Below are positions 13,399-28,679 of a stretch of DNA of 64,000 nucleotides, in pieces. How positions within the stretch are numbered: position 1 is the stretch's first letter; every line of letters starts with the position of its first letter. Source of the DNA: the human T2T-CHM13v2.0 reference genome, Homo sapiens. Below the pieces are notes generated by a model. It had not been told where the DNA came from, did no database searches, and saw only the letters and a program-made list of their open reading frames with translations. The stretch lies in assembly GCF_009914755.1 (NCBI RefSeq), contig NC_060937.1; one strand, given 5' to 3'. The position numbers and the translations under genes were made by a program.

Positions 13399-15135
13399 TA
13401 CATACTCATTTAAAGTGATATAGCAAGTGGCTATGTGACCAAAAAAGAGTTACATGAAGTTTCCCAATTCAATCCAAAAACCCTCAGCATTTCTAGACCT
13501 GTGGATTTAATCCCACTGCAGGGATACAAACTGTTCTTCCCTTTCCCAACGTGTGAAGGTCAAGTCATTTTCCAGAGCTTCTGACCTTGCTTTGATAAAA
13601 CCCTTTTTTGCCAGATGCTATCCAAAATATTACTCTAGGCTTCCCAGACCTATCACCATAGTAATATTTCTTGAAAATGTTAGGGCTTGAGACTGATAAT
13701 GATCAATCTAAGTCATAGTTTTATTCCAATTTATGTGATTTTGTTTTCTTTAGAAGCACCTTACTTCATGCATATGGATAAAACAGATGGTTGCCTTTAA
13801 ATAGAATCAAATTAGAGTTAGATGATAAAAGTGTAATATTTCATCAGAAAACCAAGCATATTCAGGGGATATCAATAAAGTGAGCTCTTAAGAAAATAGC
13901 CATATAATTGAGGTTGATGATGGACAGGGGTAAGTGGATATGTCAGAGGGTGAAATAACGTGATAATGTAAAAGAACAATTGAAGAGAAGGTACTTGAAT
14001 AAGCATATTGCATGTTAAGAGACTGCAGTTGGAAAATAGCATGTCTGAGTTTGTGATGTAAGAGATGATTCAGTTTTGAATGATAACAAATTCCAACCTA
14101 AGACTGTAATTGAAGTGGAGTGGAGGAGAAGGCATATGATGGATGGGCCATTCACAGGGATGTTTAAATAATACATGTTAATGAGAGGAGTTTAAAACAG
14201 TACAAGAATGTGATGCAGGAGCTTAAGCTGTTGATAAATGTTAGAGAGTTAACATAAGTAAATAGATAATCTTTATGTGAAGGACATGAAAAAGCAAGAG
14301 ACACATAGTACTGAGAAGAACCAGAATTTTTAACACACTATAGAACAGAAATACCTTAAAAATTTGTTTGCAAGTGAGGGTGATACCAAATTCATCTCCA
14401 TACCCTGAGTTATATGTGGCATGAAAGAAAAATGACACTGTTAAGTGACAAGGGAAATAAAGTCCACAGGTGATATTAGTATTTTAATAAAAAGAAGAAA
14501 GACAAAGTAACATTCAGAGGAACATTTGCTGACCATTAATGGACATTTCAAAGTACATTTTAAAAAGTTGGTCAGTTGGAGGGAAAGGAGTTATTAAGTA
14601 AGTGTAAATGTGCACATAATGTAATTTAAACTAAATACATAACTACCAGTATGGTGCAGGTACCAAACAAGCAGAACAGATGCTAACCAAAAATAACCAA
14701 TAGAACTATACTTGTTTTTCACCGCCAAACATCAGTGTTAGTGTTATCTTCTAGTGAGGATAGATAGAAAACCTGAATGTAAGGCAGCGTAATAAATAAA
14801 AAGAGGTTTCAGGCAGGGATCTTGTAGTGAAGAGAACACAGGTTTGAGGTGATGGACTTTGTATTCACTGTCCTTGGATGGTGTTGGTGGTTGCAATGAT
14901 TGTTGTTATTTTTGTCAACCATGTGCAAATGAATCAGTCAGATGGTTTATTCACCCTTGAGACACATTTGGCTGTAATTCTAAATAAGTCAAGCATCTTC
15001 AGGGAAGCTACAGCAAAAATCAGAAAGAAAAATTCAAAATGCCTATTGATTTATGGGGAGGCATAGCTGCTCTCCATGATCAAAATAGGTGGGAGGTTAT
15101 CCCATATCACATACTGAGTACTCTTTCCAGCTACA

Positions 15136-15137
<2 letters not shown>

Positions 15138-15187
<50 letters not shown>
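15138..15187. repeat. (GT)n microsatellite, about 25 units
   Basis: Perfect dinucleotide run. Confidence 0.98.
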
Positions 15188-15188
<1 letters not shown>

Positions 15189-16106
15189 TTGGGGTGGGGG
15201 ACATAAACTGAACAGTCCTTCCCTTAGCTTTGGTGTTTATAAACATTAATTCTGTCTTATCATACCTTCTCTTTTTCTTCCTGGGGTTAGCTATGGAGGA
15301 TTTTCTGGCTGTTTTTGCTCCTCTGTACAGAAAATGGCATTAACTCTAAAGGCCAAGCCCTCAGAAGGCAGCAATGTTTTCAGAAAGGGCTTCTGGAATA
15401 TTCTGTGTTTTTGCTATGCTTCCTGAGATAACAGCAGAAATGTTTATCCACAGGATGATTCCTGTAATCTATAATTCCATTGCTTTTAGATAGCAAATTT
15501 GAAGCAACCTTACTCATATACAGGTACAAAACTGAAAGCACAGTACATGCACTTTGACCTATTATCTTGGATTTACTTCTGCTTTCAGAAGTAAGTCAAT
15601 GCTGATTTCAAGGCCTGCACTTACTCTTGAGGCAGAGTAGGCCTAAGAAATAAAAAATTAAGAATTGATTTACCATTCAGGGGAGCCTTCTGTGAGATAC
15701 CTTTTAGTGGATTCATTTATTTACAACTGGTAAATGCTAAAATTACGCACATATTATATGTTTGATTTATAAAAATCAGAAAAAATTCCTGAAAAATTCT
15801 ACAGAATTATCAACCTTATTTTCTGCCTTATTCAACTCTATATCCAATAAGTTAATAACTATTATAGATGCCAATATTTCTGGATAATTTCAGATGCCTG
15901 ACTTCTAATCTGAGTATAGTAATTGGTGCTATAATCCAATAATTTTGTCCTTTAATATCATTCAATAATATTTGCACATTTTCATTCTTCAGCTGATATC
16001 AGTACTTTTTCTGTCTAACAATCTATTCCCTTCAAGAAAATTGAAACCATTAGTCAGGAACTATATCCGTTTCCATATTTTTGCACTCAAAACAAATTTT
16101 ATAAAC

Positions 16107-16152
16107 ACACGTGTGTGCATGTGCATGCACACACACACACACACACACACAC
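16107..16152. repeat. (CA)n microsatellite with preceding TG/CA mix
   Basis: Visible run. Confidence 0.9.
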
Positions 16153-18154
16153 CCTTCTCAGGGAGACCCCTTCTTTAAATCCAGTTTCTCCAGTGGTTTT
16201 ACTAATCCAATCCTTATCTATCCCATTTAAAATCTCTTCAAATATATTGAATTCATGGATTGATTACTCCATCTTGGCTATATAACCCAATATCAAAAGA
16301 TGCTCAGGCCTTTCCCAAGAAAAACAAGAAACACTCCAAGATCTTACCTTGCTACAGTATTTCGTGAAATGGAAGGCATCATTTTATGACCTACTTTCAC
16401 CTATTAACAGAATGTCAATCAGAATTATTTCCTTATTTCCCCCATAACATTTTTACAATGAAGACATATTGATCTCATGATTTGTTATTCTATTAGATAC
16501 TTTCTCATCTTTCTCCTACAGAAAACTCTACGGTGTATTGTATGCTGTCCATCAAAGCCTCTTTATAAAATTTTTTATGCCACTGAATTATTTCTGAACA
16601 TGTTTTACTGATGCTGTTTCCACTTCTTATATCTTCTTTCAATTCTAGATCTTTTATGAGAGCCTTATTTATTCCCATGCATTAATGCTCATTCTTTCCA
16701 TTTTTTTTCTAAAATTCTACTCATTCTCCCGTCTATATATTTTCTCTAAAACGTTTATTTTCTTATTGCTTCAGTTACTACTTGTATGTCAAATGCTAGC
16801 TAATCTCTAGATTGGGCTCTGAATGACATAGTTTGTAGCAAAACTTTTTGGATTATCACCATCTTCTCAGATTATCTCAATCTGGATGTTCTATATAAAA
16901 ACTGAATTTCATTATGTCCTTCAAAAGAGTATTTTTAGTTTATTTTAATTGCTTTGTACATATATCCACTTTTGCCCACTTCTTTTAACTCACTTCCTAA
17001 CCTTCAAGGATTCTCCTTCCTTCACTTCATATCCGACAATACATATATGAAAGGACAAGCAAACAGGCCACCTCCCAGCACAGTTTTTATATATGTGCTC
17101 CAGACTTATGTCCATTTTCTGCAGACTAGCCTTCTCTATATTTGCCGCAGGAATTTTGTGTTTTATATATGCCTTCCCACACCTGTTTCATAGCTTCCTG
17201 TTTTCATTTCTCATTTCTGCCATCATCTTTCAATCTCCCAAGTAAAAAAAAAAATGTTATTTGCCCTTAACTCTTCCTTTTATTAACTTCTGGCATATAA
17301 TCAATGAACAGATATTGCTTATTTTTCTTCTTTGTTATGTAGCAGATCCTTATTTTACAAGTATTCCTTACTTCAGCTCCTGCTATTTATGTTGACATGA
17401 AAATAACCATGACAAGCAAATAATGTTAAGTTGATCACTTATTAAATTTGTCCATTATAAAAAATCTTTTCTCAAGTCTAGATTCTATTTCTTACCTATA
17501 ACACCAATCTGTTTGTGAATTAGTTTCCTGCTAATTATGAGATATATAATAAATATGCAGTGCAAAACAACTGCAAAATAAAGTTATAAATTTAGCATGA
17601 AATACAATTTCATCAAGTTCGTAAAAATGATCTTGGACACATAATAAAAGTCAGAGTAAATTAAAGAAAAAAAACAAAGTTAAAGACAGGTAGATGCTGG
17701 AAAAGAAAGGATACAAAGTCCCATAGACAACTGAAGTATCTCTTGATTACTTATGAAAAAAAATTCCCTTCATGATTTTGATGCAAAAGTCAAACGTGAA
17801 ATAGAAGACTTGATTATACAGTTTTACATACTGTTTGAAAAAAATAAAAAAGGTAATCACTACTGGATTCAGACTCTGGGGCAGTAATAAACATTTATAC
17901 AAATATAACCTATATTTCGTTAAATTCAGGACACAATTCAGTATTATTTTATAATAATTTTTAGTTTTATTGTTTATAATAAGTGTTAGTATATATTTTC
18001 ACTATTTGTAATAAACTTCTATTTCTCATTTTAGTTAATTTACTTTAATGAGTCATTTTTTAGGTGTCAATGAGGTTTGTTATAAGACCAAGATTGATTT
18101 CATGTATATTCCCCAGTAAATATACTCTTTAAATAGAGTAATATTTCCTTGTTT

Positions 18155-18466
18155 ATTTTTTCCGGGGGGGGGGGGTTGTTTTTTGAGACGGAGTCTTACT
18201 CTGTCACTCAGGCTGGAGTGCAGCAGTGCAATCTCGGCTCACTGCTGCAACTCCACCTCCCAGGTTCAAGTGATTCTCCTCCCTCAGCCTCCCGAGTAGC
18301 TGGGTCTGCAGGCGTGTGTCACCATGCCCAGCTAATTTTTGTATTTTTAGTAGAGATGGGGTTTCACCATGTTGGCCAGGATGGTCTCAATCTCCTGACC
18401 TCGTGATCCACCTGTCTCGGCCTCCCAAAGTGTTGGGATTACAGGCGTGAGCCACCACATCTGGCC
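18155..18466 (-). mobile_element. Alu (AluSc-like)
   Basis: Antisense Alu with 'caggatggtctcaatctcctgacctcgtgatcc'. TSD atttcc(t/g)tgttt at 18143-18154 and 18467-18478. G run in the tail region. Confidence 0.96.
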
Positions 18467-18807
18467 ATTTCCGTGTTTTGGTATTTGCTTTTTTGCCCCC
18501 CTCCACAACAATATATGTATAAGCTGTTAAAGAATAATTTAATGTTACTTTAAAAAAAAAACTGTGTCAAACACAGCACCTGAGACCACATAGGTATCCA
18601 AATAATATCTACTGCCCGGGTTCTTAGAAACTCTGGCCTCACAGAGTGATCAATCTAATACTTAAAGCTATTTTCTGATATAGGAGGGAGAGTTATTAAG
18701 AACTCACTCATCCCTCAAAAAAAAACCACATAAAAATATGAAAATGATGAATACTAAAGAAAAAGAAGGAAGGAATAGAAAGACATACTAGTTTCCAGCA
18801 AGAGAAA

Positions 18808-18811
<4 letters not shown>

Positions 18812-18846
<35 letters not shown>

Positions 18847-18869
18847 CATGTGTGTGTGTGTGTGTGTGT
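18812..18869. repeat. Interrupted (TG)n microsatellite
   Basis: Visible run. Confidence 0.95.
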
Positions 18870-19849
18870 ATCTCATATCTATTGTTGGTTCACATCCAGT
18901 CATTATTAATGGATATAATTCCAGAGTTAATGTGTTCAAAATATAGCTATATTTTTGAAAAATAAATTATCACAAAATAAAATGACTATTAAATACTTTG
19001 ATTAAGAGAGCAAAAATCATTTCCAATTGATCAGAAATCAAATATAAAATCAGGCAGAAATCAATGTTTTTCATTAACACATGGAAAACTATGTGGACAT
19101 GTTTCAAACCTCACAATGATCTATGAGAAAAACTGACAAAATGTTAGCAAGAAATCTCAAAATTGCAACATAGTAGTGGAAGTACTTCATGTATTAAACA
19201 ATAGCTATAAAAGCCTATATTTAAAAATTAAGATATTGTTATTTTTTTAAAAGGAGATCATGAATACAATAAGTACTTCAACAATTTAATGGTAATATTT
19301 GTATTATAGTTATTGTATTCTTGTAGTAAGAAAGGGAAATCCCTTGTTGACCCAATGATTTAAGAATTTAATACTGGCATATCAGAGAATTATATGTGCA
19401 ATGAAACTAATTATGCTGATAATGCTTCTAATTGTAGACAGATACCTAGGGGGATAAACATATTTTTGTAATATTTCTTTTAAACGCACAATTAGAACAT
19501 AAAATCTTAGATTTCATTGCAAGCATCAGAAACAGATTATATATATAAATTATCCATATAATCAATAAAGTCTCTAACTGTGTGAGAGTATTTGTAGTAT
19601 GTATATAACATATTTGCTCTAAGGATGGGTTTTAGAAAAAACACTTCACATTTATAGGCTTTGCTGTTAATACCCATACATATTTATAATGATCCTCCTA
19701 AAAAAAGTACTGTGAAACTTATGAAGCATAAAGTTTCATGGGTATAGCATGTTTTTATATTGATTAGAAAAAAATTTCTTGAGATAAATGTACTAGCTCA
19801 GAAAATGTTGAGAATAAATTTGGGCAATAATTCATTGAAAACGAAACAT

Positions 19850-20120
19850 AAAAGAGAAGGAAGGAGAGAAGGGAGGAAGGAAGGGAGGGAGGAAAGAAGG
19901 AAGGAAAGAAACACGGGAGGTGTGGAGGGAGGAAGGAAGAAAAGAGAGAGAAAGTGAGAGAGAGGGAGGAAGAGATAGCTCATAAGCTGGGAAAAGGAGG
20001 AAAAGGAGAAAGAAAAGACTGGGGAAATGAGGTATACTGATACATCCCATAGAGAGAGAGAGAGAGAAAGAAAGTGAGAGAGAGAGAGACAGACAGAGAC
20101 AGAGAAAGAGATAGAGAGAT
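19850..20120. repeat. GA-rich low-complexity tract ((GGAA)n, (GA)n)
   Basis: Strongly purine-biased + strand. Confidence 0.9.
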
Positions 20121-20340
20121 GTTTTATGTATGAAATTGGCACATGAAATTATGGGAGCTGAGATCCTAACATCTGCAGGGTGAGTCTGCAAATTGAAGAC
20201 CTACCTATATTTACTCAGTCTACAAATTTAAATGTAAATCTCTTCCAAAACCATCCTTACGGAAACATCTAGAATAATGTTTGACCAAAGGTCTGAGTAC
20301 CCACAGCCCAGTTAAATTGAAACATAATAATAATCTATGA
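20110..20340 (-). mobile_element. MLT2 (ERVL) LTR, internally deleted
   Basis: 'gaaattggcacatgaaattatgg...atctgcagggtgagtc' and 'aaatgtaaatctcttccaaaac...agaataatgtttgaccaaa...cccagttaaattgaaacataa'. Confidence 0.8.
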
Positions 20341-20849
20341 AAAGCCACACAGTAAATTACCGTACTGATTTTAAGATGTAAAATAACAAAATTCATCATC
20401 ATTGGAGGGAAGACTGATGGAAGGAAGGCAAGAAGGAGCAAAACTCTCGGAGCAGAGTACATAGTACACTGGCTAGATGAATGAATTCTCCATACAAACT
20501 GAGAGGGGTAGATTAGGATTCTTTCCATGGGCATAGCATGTAAGATATTAAATATTTCAGATTGGGAAGTACCACGTCCCATGTCAGAAGCACATGCAGA
20601 CAATGCAGGAATGTCTTCCGTGGCAAGATTTCATGTTAGGTTCAGAGGGAAGGTAGTTTCCTATCACCTATTTACAAGTCCAGAAATGTCACACGTGTCC
20701 CATGGGATACTCTTCCTGTGGGCACTAAGTGAGGTAAGGGAAAGTGAGCTCAGGAATCAGTAGTCTTATCTTCCTCTCCCTCCCTCCCTCCACCTCTCCT
20801 TCCTCCTACTTTTCTCTTTCAACAAGAGTTCGTTCTCTTTGATTTGGCA

Positions 20850-21315
20850 TAGACTTTGTAGCAGTATGGTGAAGCAGTATGGTGAACCCCTTTTCAAAAT
20901 GTTTTTTAAAGTAAAAAAAAAGTTTTAAAAATATACGGGATTATAAAGGGAACCAGTTCTGTTAACACAGCTATTAAAATTATAATATGAAAATTTATGT
21001 GATTCTATGTCAATTCATTGATAAAAGTGATACCATACAGCCTCATGTTAACAAAACACCAAAATTTTAAAGTAGTTAGGAGCACAAGTGACTTTTATGA
21101 AAATACGCAACAAATATAATGGGGAATGTAAATATCTGTGACATTTAATTTTAAAAAATGTTACAGATATTGCTCTTACTGATGCGGTTTGCAACTGAGG
21201 TTCATAATTGAATATTAAATGTCAATGAGAGCATAAGAAAATAAAGTTGTAATTTTTTCTATTTAAATTCATGAAATCTCCTCATTCTATCCAGGAATCC
21301 CTGGGGGGTGGCTGC
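20850..21315 (+). mobile_element. hAT-Charlie DNA transposon relic (Charlie4a-like)
   Basis: 'ggtgaaccccttttcaaaatgttttttaaa...ggattataaagggaacca' and 'gaaaataaagttgtaattttttc...aattcatg...ctatccagg' match the recalled consensus. Confidence 0.55.
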
Positions 21316-21492
21316 ACCATTTTGGTAGACAAAAGGCAATAAGCCTTATATAAAGGAGCCACAAGCCCATGCTCTATTCTCTCTATGGTTTGGAAATAGC
21401 CTTTGTAAAACCCACTGCTCTTGAATAAAATTACAGTATTTGATGTTTTAAAATTCAATGAACCTATGAATATTTAAAGTTTTTTTAATTGT

Positions 21493-21556
21493 TTTTATAT
21501 TCCAGATCTTAGTATACAAATAACTTTTATATCCCAGATCCTAGAATACAAATAAC
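21493..21556. repeat. 32-bp tandem duplication
   Basis: ttttatattccagatcttagtatacaaataac versus ttttatatcccagatcctagaatacaaataac (3 mismatches). Confidence 0.9.
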
Positions 21557-22863
21557 TAAATCTACCCAATTATGCTGAAACCCTTTCTTCTTCCTATTTT
21601 AATACACAGTCTAAATAAAACATTTACATTGATATAGTCAAGCCAGAAAAGTGTGAGATCTTAATGATGCTTATTCTTCCTTAAATTTATAGAGATTGAT
21701 AGAATCAATGCTCAATTACATAGGAAAAAAATCATGAAAAGTTAGGTCTACCTTGCTTTTTAAATTGCCTTAATCATTGTATATAAATCAGAATACAGAT
21801 ATAGATTTCATATATCTGGTAACCTTTCCTTAATGCAGTGTTTCATTTTCTTTGCTTAAAATAGAAATAAGCAATTTATTTTTATAGTACATAAAATAGT
21901 TAATAGTTCATAGTATCTGACTTCAGATGAATGAGAAGGAATAAAAATGACTACATATGTGATGCTGTCAGCATATACAAATTCAAACTCCAGCATTGAG
22001 CCTTCCTTGAGCAGCTGAAATCTTAAAATTTTAGAAGCATAATTTGCCACCACATTTTATTAATTATTCTTGGTCATTGCTTATCTCCATCATTGAAAGA
22101 AGCCACTGAATCAGAGAACATTGCTCTAGACTAATAGTCAGAATAAGCTCATGTTTAAATATCATTTTTGTTAATGTCTGAATTTGTAACTATTGCAAGA
22201 CCCTTATTTCTCAATTCCTCAGTTAACTGCATAATGAAAGCTGAGGGGTCACATTCTTTCAATAACTAATTTAGATATTGTTGGAGGGAGTATCTTAAGT
22301 TCAATTACACACTATACTTTCATATGGTTGTTGTAGGAAAAATTAAATGTACACAATTCAGGATAAAGTTATTCTATTCAAGTTTTGTAGGTTTGTTTGT
22401 TTTTGTCTCCCTTAACTTTGTCTTAGAAAGTGTGCCTACAAGAATACTCTTGAAGTGCCACAGCAAAGTGGGGAGAAAAGGTCATTTGGTCTTTAGTTCT
22501 TGGTCTCTGGGCATCTAAGGTAGCATCTAGTGAGTTTCCTATCATCTCTTCTGGTCCTTTATGTTCTCATCAGTTTAGACGTTTTCATTTGCACAAGTCT
22601 CAACGTTTCATTTATTCCAGCATACACTGCCACATCTTGCGTGTCCTGAAAATAAGACCTCTTTTTCCTGGCTCTCAGTGCAATACTCTTTTAGCCAAAG
22701 GGAAAGGATCAACTTGCTTCTTTTTCCTTGCCCGGGTGTAGGGAAACTGTGTCTTCTTCCATCCCATCTTCGTAAACATTGTACATAACCATACTGTTTT
22801 TACACTAGCCTGAACATTGTTTCTTATCTATGAGGCCCACCTGTTTTCTTGTATCCTACCTGG

Positions 22864-24647
22864 TGAGAGGTGACAGCATGATGGCAGCCCTCGCAGTCCT
22901 TGCTCGCTCTCGGTGCCTCCTCGGCCTCGGCGCCCATTCTGGCTGCGCTTGAGGAGCCCTTCAGCCCGCCGCTGCACCATGGGAGCCCTTCTCTAGGCTC
23001 CCTCGGCTTGCGAGGAGGTGTGGAGGGAGAGGCACGGGCGGGAACCCGGGCTGCGCGCGGCGCTTGCGGGCCAGCTACCGTTCCGGGTGGGCGTAGGCTT
23101 GGCGGCCCCCGTACTGGGAGGGGCCGGCCGGCGCGGCCGGGCCGCAGGCAGTTAGGGGCTTAGCACCTAGGCCAGCAGCTGCGGAGGGTGCGCCGGGTCC
23201 CCCAGCAGTGCTGGCCCACGAACTCTGCGCTCGCTTTCTCGCCGGGCCTTAGCTGCCTCCTCACGGGGCAGGGCTCGGGACCTGTAGCCCGCCATGCCTG
23301 AGTCTCCCCCGACCCACCGTGGGCTCCTGCGCGGCCTGAGCCTCCCAAGGAGCGCCGCCCCCTGCTCCAGGGCGCTCGGTCTCATCAACCGCCCAAGGGC
23401 TGAGGAGTGTGGTGCACCGCACGGGACTAGCAGGCAGCTCCACCTGTGGCCCCGGTGCGAGATCCGCTGGGTGAGGCCAGCTGGGCTCCTGAGTCTAGTG
23501 GGGACTTGGACAACCTTTACCTCTAGCTAAGGGATTGTAAACACACCAGTCAGCACCCTGTGTCTAGCTCGGGGTTTGTGGATGCACAAATCTCCACTCT
23601 GTATCTAGCTAATCTGGTGGGGACTTGGAGAATCTTTATGTCTAACTAAAGGATTGTGAATGCACCAATCAGCACTCTGTGTCTAGCTCAAGGTTTGTAA
23701 ATGCACCAATCTGTGCTCTGTGTCTAGCTGATCTGGTGGGGACTTGGAGAACCTTTATGTCTAGCTAAGGGATTGTAAATACACCAATCAGCACTGTATC
23801 TAGCTCAAGGTTTGTAAACACACCAATCAGCACCCTGTGTCTAGCTCAGGGTTTGTGAATGCACCAATCAGCACTCTGTATCTAGTTAATCTGGTGGGGA
23901 CTTGGAGAATATGTCTAGCTAAGGGATTGTGAATGCACCAATCAGCACTCTGTATCTAGCTCAAGGTTTGTAAATGCACCAATCAGCACTCTGTGTCTAC
24001 CTCAGGGTTTGTAAATACACCAATCCACACTCTGTATCTAGCTAATCTAGTGGGGAGGTGGAGAACTTTTGTGCCCGGCTCAGGGATTATAAACGCACCA
24101 ATCAGCACCCTGTCAAAAAGGACCAATCAGCTCTCTGTAAAACAGACCAATCGGCTCCCTGTAAAATGGACCAATCAGCAGGATGTGGGTGGGGCCAGAT
24201 AAGGGAATAAAAGCAGACTGCCCCAGCCACCAATGGCAATCTACTCCGGTCGCCTTCCACACCGTGGAAGCTTTGTTCTTTCACTCTTTGCAATAACTCT
24301 TGTTAGTGCTCACTCTTTGGGTACACACTGCCTTTATGAGCTGTAACACTGCGAAGGTCTGCAGCTTTACTCCTGAAGCCAGCAAGACCACGAACCTGTT
24401 GGGAGGAACGAACAACTCCCGATGTGCCGCCTTAAGAGTTGTAACAGTCACTGTGAAGGTCTGTAGCTTCACTCCTGAGCCAGGGAGACCACGAACCCAC
24501 CAGAAAGCAGAAACTCCGAATACGTCCGAACATCAGAAGGAACAAACTCCAGACACGCCGCCTTTAAGAACTGTAACAGTCACCGCGAGGGTCCCCAGCT
24601 TCATTCTTGAAGTCAGTGAGACCAAGGACCCACCAATTCCGGACACA
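22864..24647 (+). mobile_element. ERV9 solo LTR (LTR12C/E-like), full length
   Basis: Starts 'tgagaggtgacagc', ends 'ccaattccggacaca'. TSD CTGG at 22860-22863 and 24648-24651. CpG-rich 5' U3, tandem U3 repeats, U5 'ctgtaaca...gaaggtctg' repeats. Confidence 0.98.
23520..24212 (+). promoter_or_regulatory. LTR12 U3 enhancer/promoter: array of about 12 CCAAT boxes, GATA site, AATAAA TATA-like element
   Basis: Repeated 'caccaatcagcactctgt(g/a)tctagct' units of about 40 bp. AGATAA at 24197-24202, AATAAAA at 24206-24212. ERV9 LTRs are known NF-Y/GATA-driven promoters; activity of this copy is unproven. Confidence 0.75.
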
Positions 24648-24930
24648 CTGGGAAGTTAGGTTATCATAAGATCATTCAGCAGATATTCCAAACATCTGGC
24701 CTTTGATTTGCTCTATCTCCATCTTGCCATGAAGGAGCTTAGTCTGGAGGTAGAGGAGCAGAAAGCAGGGCTCCTGCTGAGACCAACTCCTGTTGTCAAC
24801 CTGTTCTAGTACCCAAGCTAACAGGCATTAATTTTTTTGTTCAATTTCTTAATGAGAGGAAAGTGGAAAAAATCCTATATCAGACACAGGGAATGTGAAT
24901 AAATAAATAATAATTAAAAATACATCAAAA

Positions 24931-25228
<298 letters not shown>

Positions 25229-25320
25229 AAATGCATCAAGAATACATGAACATATATATTCATTCCAGATACCTAACTTTGAAATATTAAAGGCAAATGA
25301 TTTACTATCTTTTAAAATTA

Positions 25321-25743
<423 letters not shown>

Positions 25744-27539
25744 TTAATGAGAATGAAAAACTCATTAGGAGATCAAAATCTTACCCTGCTAATATATACA
25801 AATGAAAAAGGTACACACACACACACAGAGATATGCCACATACAAATACAGTTGTGCTAACGAGATTTTTACTGTTTTATAAAAAATAAAAGGTCTAATC
25901 AACACTATTTACATTATAAATGATTCTCAGTAGTCTTCCACTTTAAAATAAATTAGATTTTAGGACTTTTTGTAGATAAAACTTGATTTTTCAAACAATA
26001 TTATGGCTAAAGTTTATTAATGTCCTTCTTATCTCCGTAATTAAATTACACTCTAAGCACAAATTCAAAATCAAAGAGAAAAAACATAACATTAAAAAGC
26101 AATTTCAGAGAAGAAAGATGAGGTTTAAAACTCATTGTATTCATAGTTATTGACACCAATATTTAGCAACAATGTCATTTTATTCAGTGTATAAGCTGTC
26201 AACTAAATGATGAAAAGATGTGATTAAATCTGGAAAATGTGAAACCAGGCAAATATATAAACATATTAAGTCAATAAGAAGAAGTACACTTATGTGAAGT
26301 CATAAAAACAAAAACACAGTAATTATATTCAGTGCAACCTCATTTTAATTGCAATTCAAAGTATCTCCTTTACAATACTGTAGCTTCATATTCTAATATA
26401 GGATGTGCCAAAAAGTTTTCATTTTATTAGACTTTGGATTTATATTTAGGTCAAGCGAAATTTTATATTGTTGCCAACCACTTAAAACTTCTATATAGTT
26501 TTTGTAAAATCCTTTATTATTTTAATAGAAATTGGAAAACGTCCTAAATTAGACATCTGCTCCTTTAACATTCATTCTGACAGTGGATTTGTTTTTAAGG
26601 AAGAAAAAAGTTAAAAGTTAAGATAGTGATTCTTTATTTCATATAAAACAGAATATAATAGGTATAGTAATTCCTGCAAAGATCATGCTCCACCCTACTT
26701 ACAATATCCGTAATTGTCTTGGCACTAAACTACTTTCTTCATGGCTGTAAATGTGCAATTATTGTCATGTCTCGTGTTACAGTAATCACACATTAGTATG
26801 AAACATTAATATGAAGGGGTAACATGATTTCCTAGGGAGAAGAAGCTTGGAGAGACATAAAATTCATCTAATTTATATTTCAAAAAAATTTATTTGATCC
26901 AGACTCAATACATCTTAGAAAAACATGTCACAAAGAATTACTTAGGTTCTTTTAATCTCAGTATATTATTATCCCTCAGTGTTAGCTACATCACAGAATT
27001 GTTTCAAGAATTAAAGAATATATTTATAAAATGTCTAATCTGTAACAATAACTAATATTTAATAGGTGGGCAGTATATATAGCTTTCTTTCTTATGCATT
27101 ATCTCCTATTGATTTAAGTAGTAAGTCGTCATCTCTTAGACAAATAACAGTGGTTCTGAATGAAAAAGCATTATTTCTAAAGTTCCAAAAGACAGAAATG
27201 AGAAATTAATATTTATGAGCACTTCCTCTGCATTTGGCATTATTTTTTATATTACAGAGACCAAAATAAAATTTTCAACTTTCCTAGTTTGCCCACCATC
27301 AAATCTAAACCTCCCCAAGCCTTTGGGAAATAGGAAGTACATTTGCCTAGTTGTCCAACTTAAAATATTGGAGCCATCTCTGAGGCCTCTTTCTTCTTCA
27401 TATTCTTTCCCTTTCCAACTTGTATAACTTACCAACAGCACCCCCAACATCCATCTTCGTTCCCTTCATCCTGACTGTAACTACTCAGAACAGACCAGCA
27501 GCATCCTTTGCCTGAACTATAACATATCATATAACTCCC

Positions 27540-28585
<1,046 letters not shown>

Positions 28586-28679
28586 TAATTTTATCATTTC
28601 AAGTCATGTATTTCTTGCCCTGATTCTTTGAATATCTGGCTGTGCAGATAATTTGTGTCTTCATTTAAATGTGTACATA

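Noticed and set aside
19760-20191. ORFs rich in E/R/K or S/L/F, and similar Y/I/H/T/V/C ORFs at about 1.1, 11.3 and 18.8 kb
   Set aside because: Translations of simple repeats.
23520-24180. Regularly spaced repeats superficially like a CRISPR array
   Set aside because: These are LTR12 U3 tandem units with no unique spacers, in primate DNA with no cas genes.
22900-24659. Cluster of GC-rich ORFs and CpG island suggesting a gene start
   Set aside because: Essentially all within the LTR12 element.
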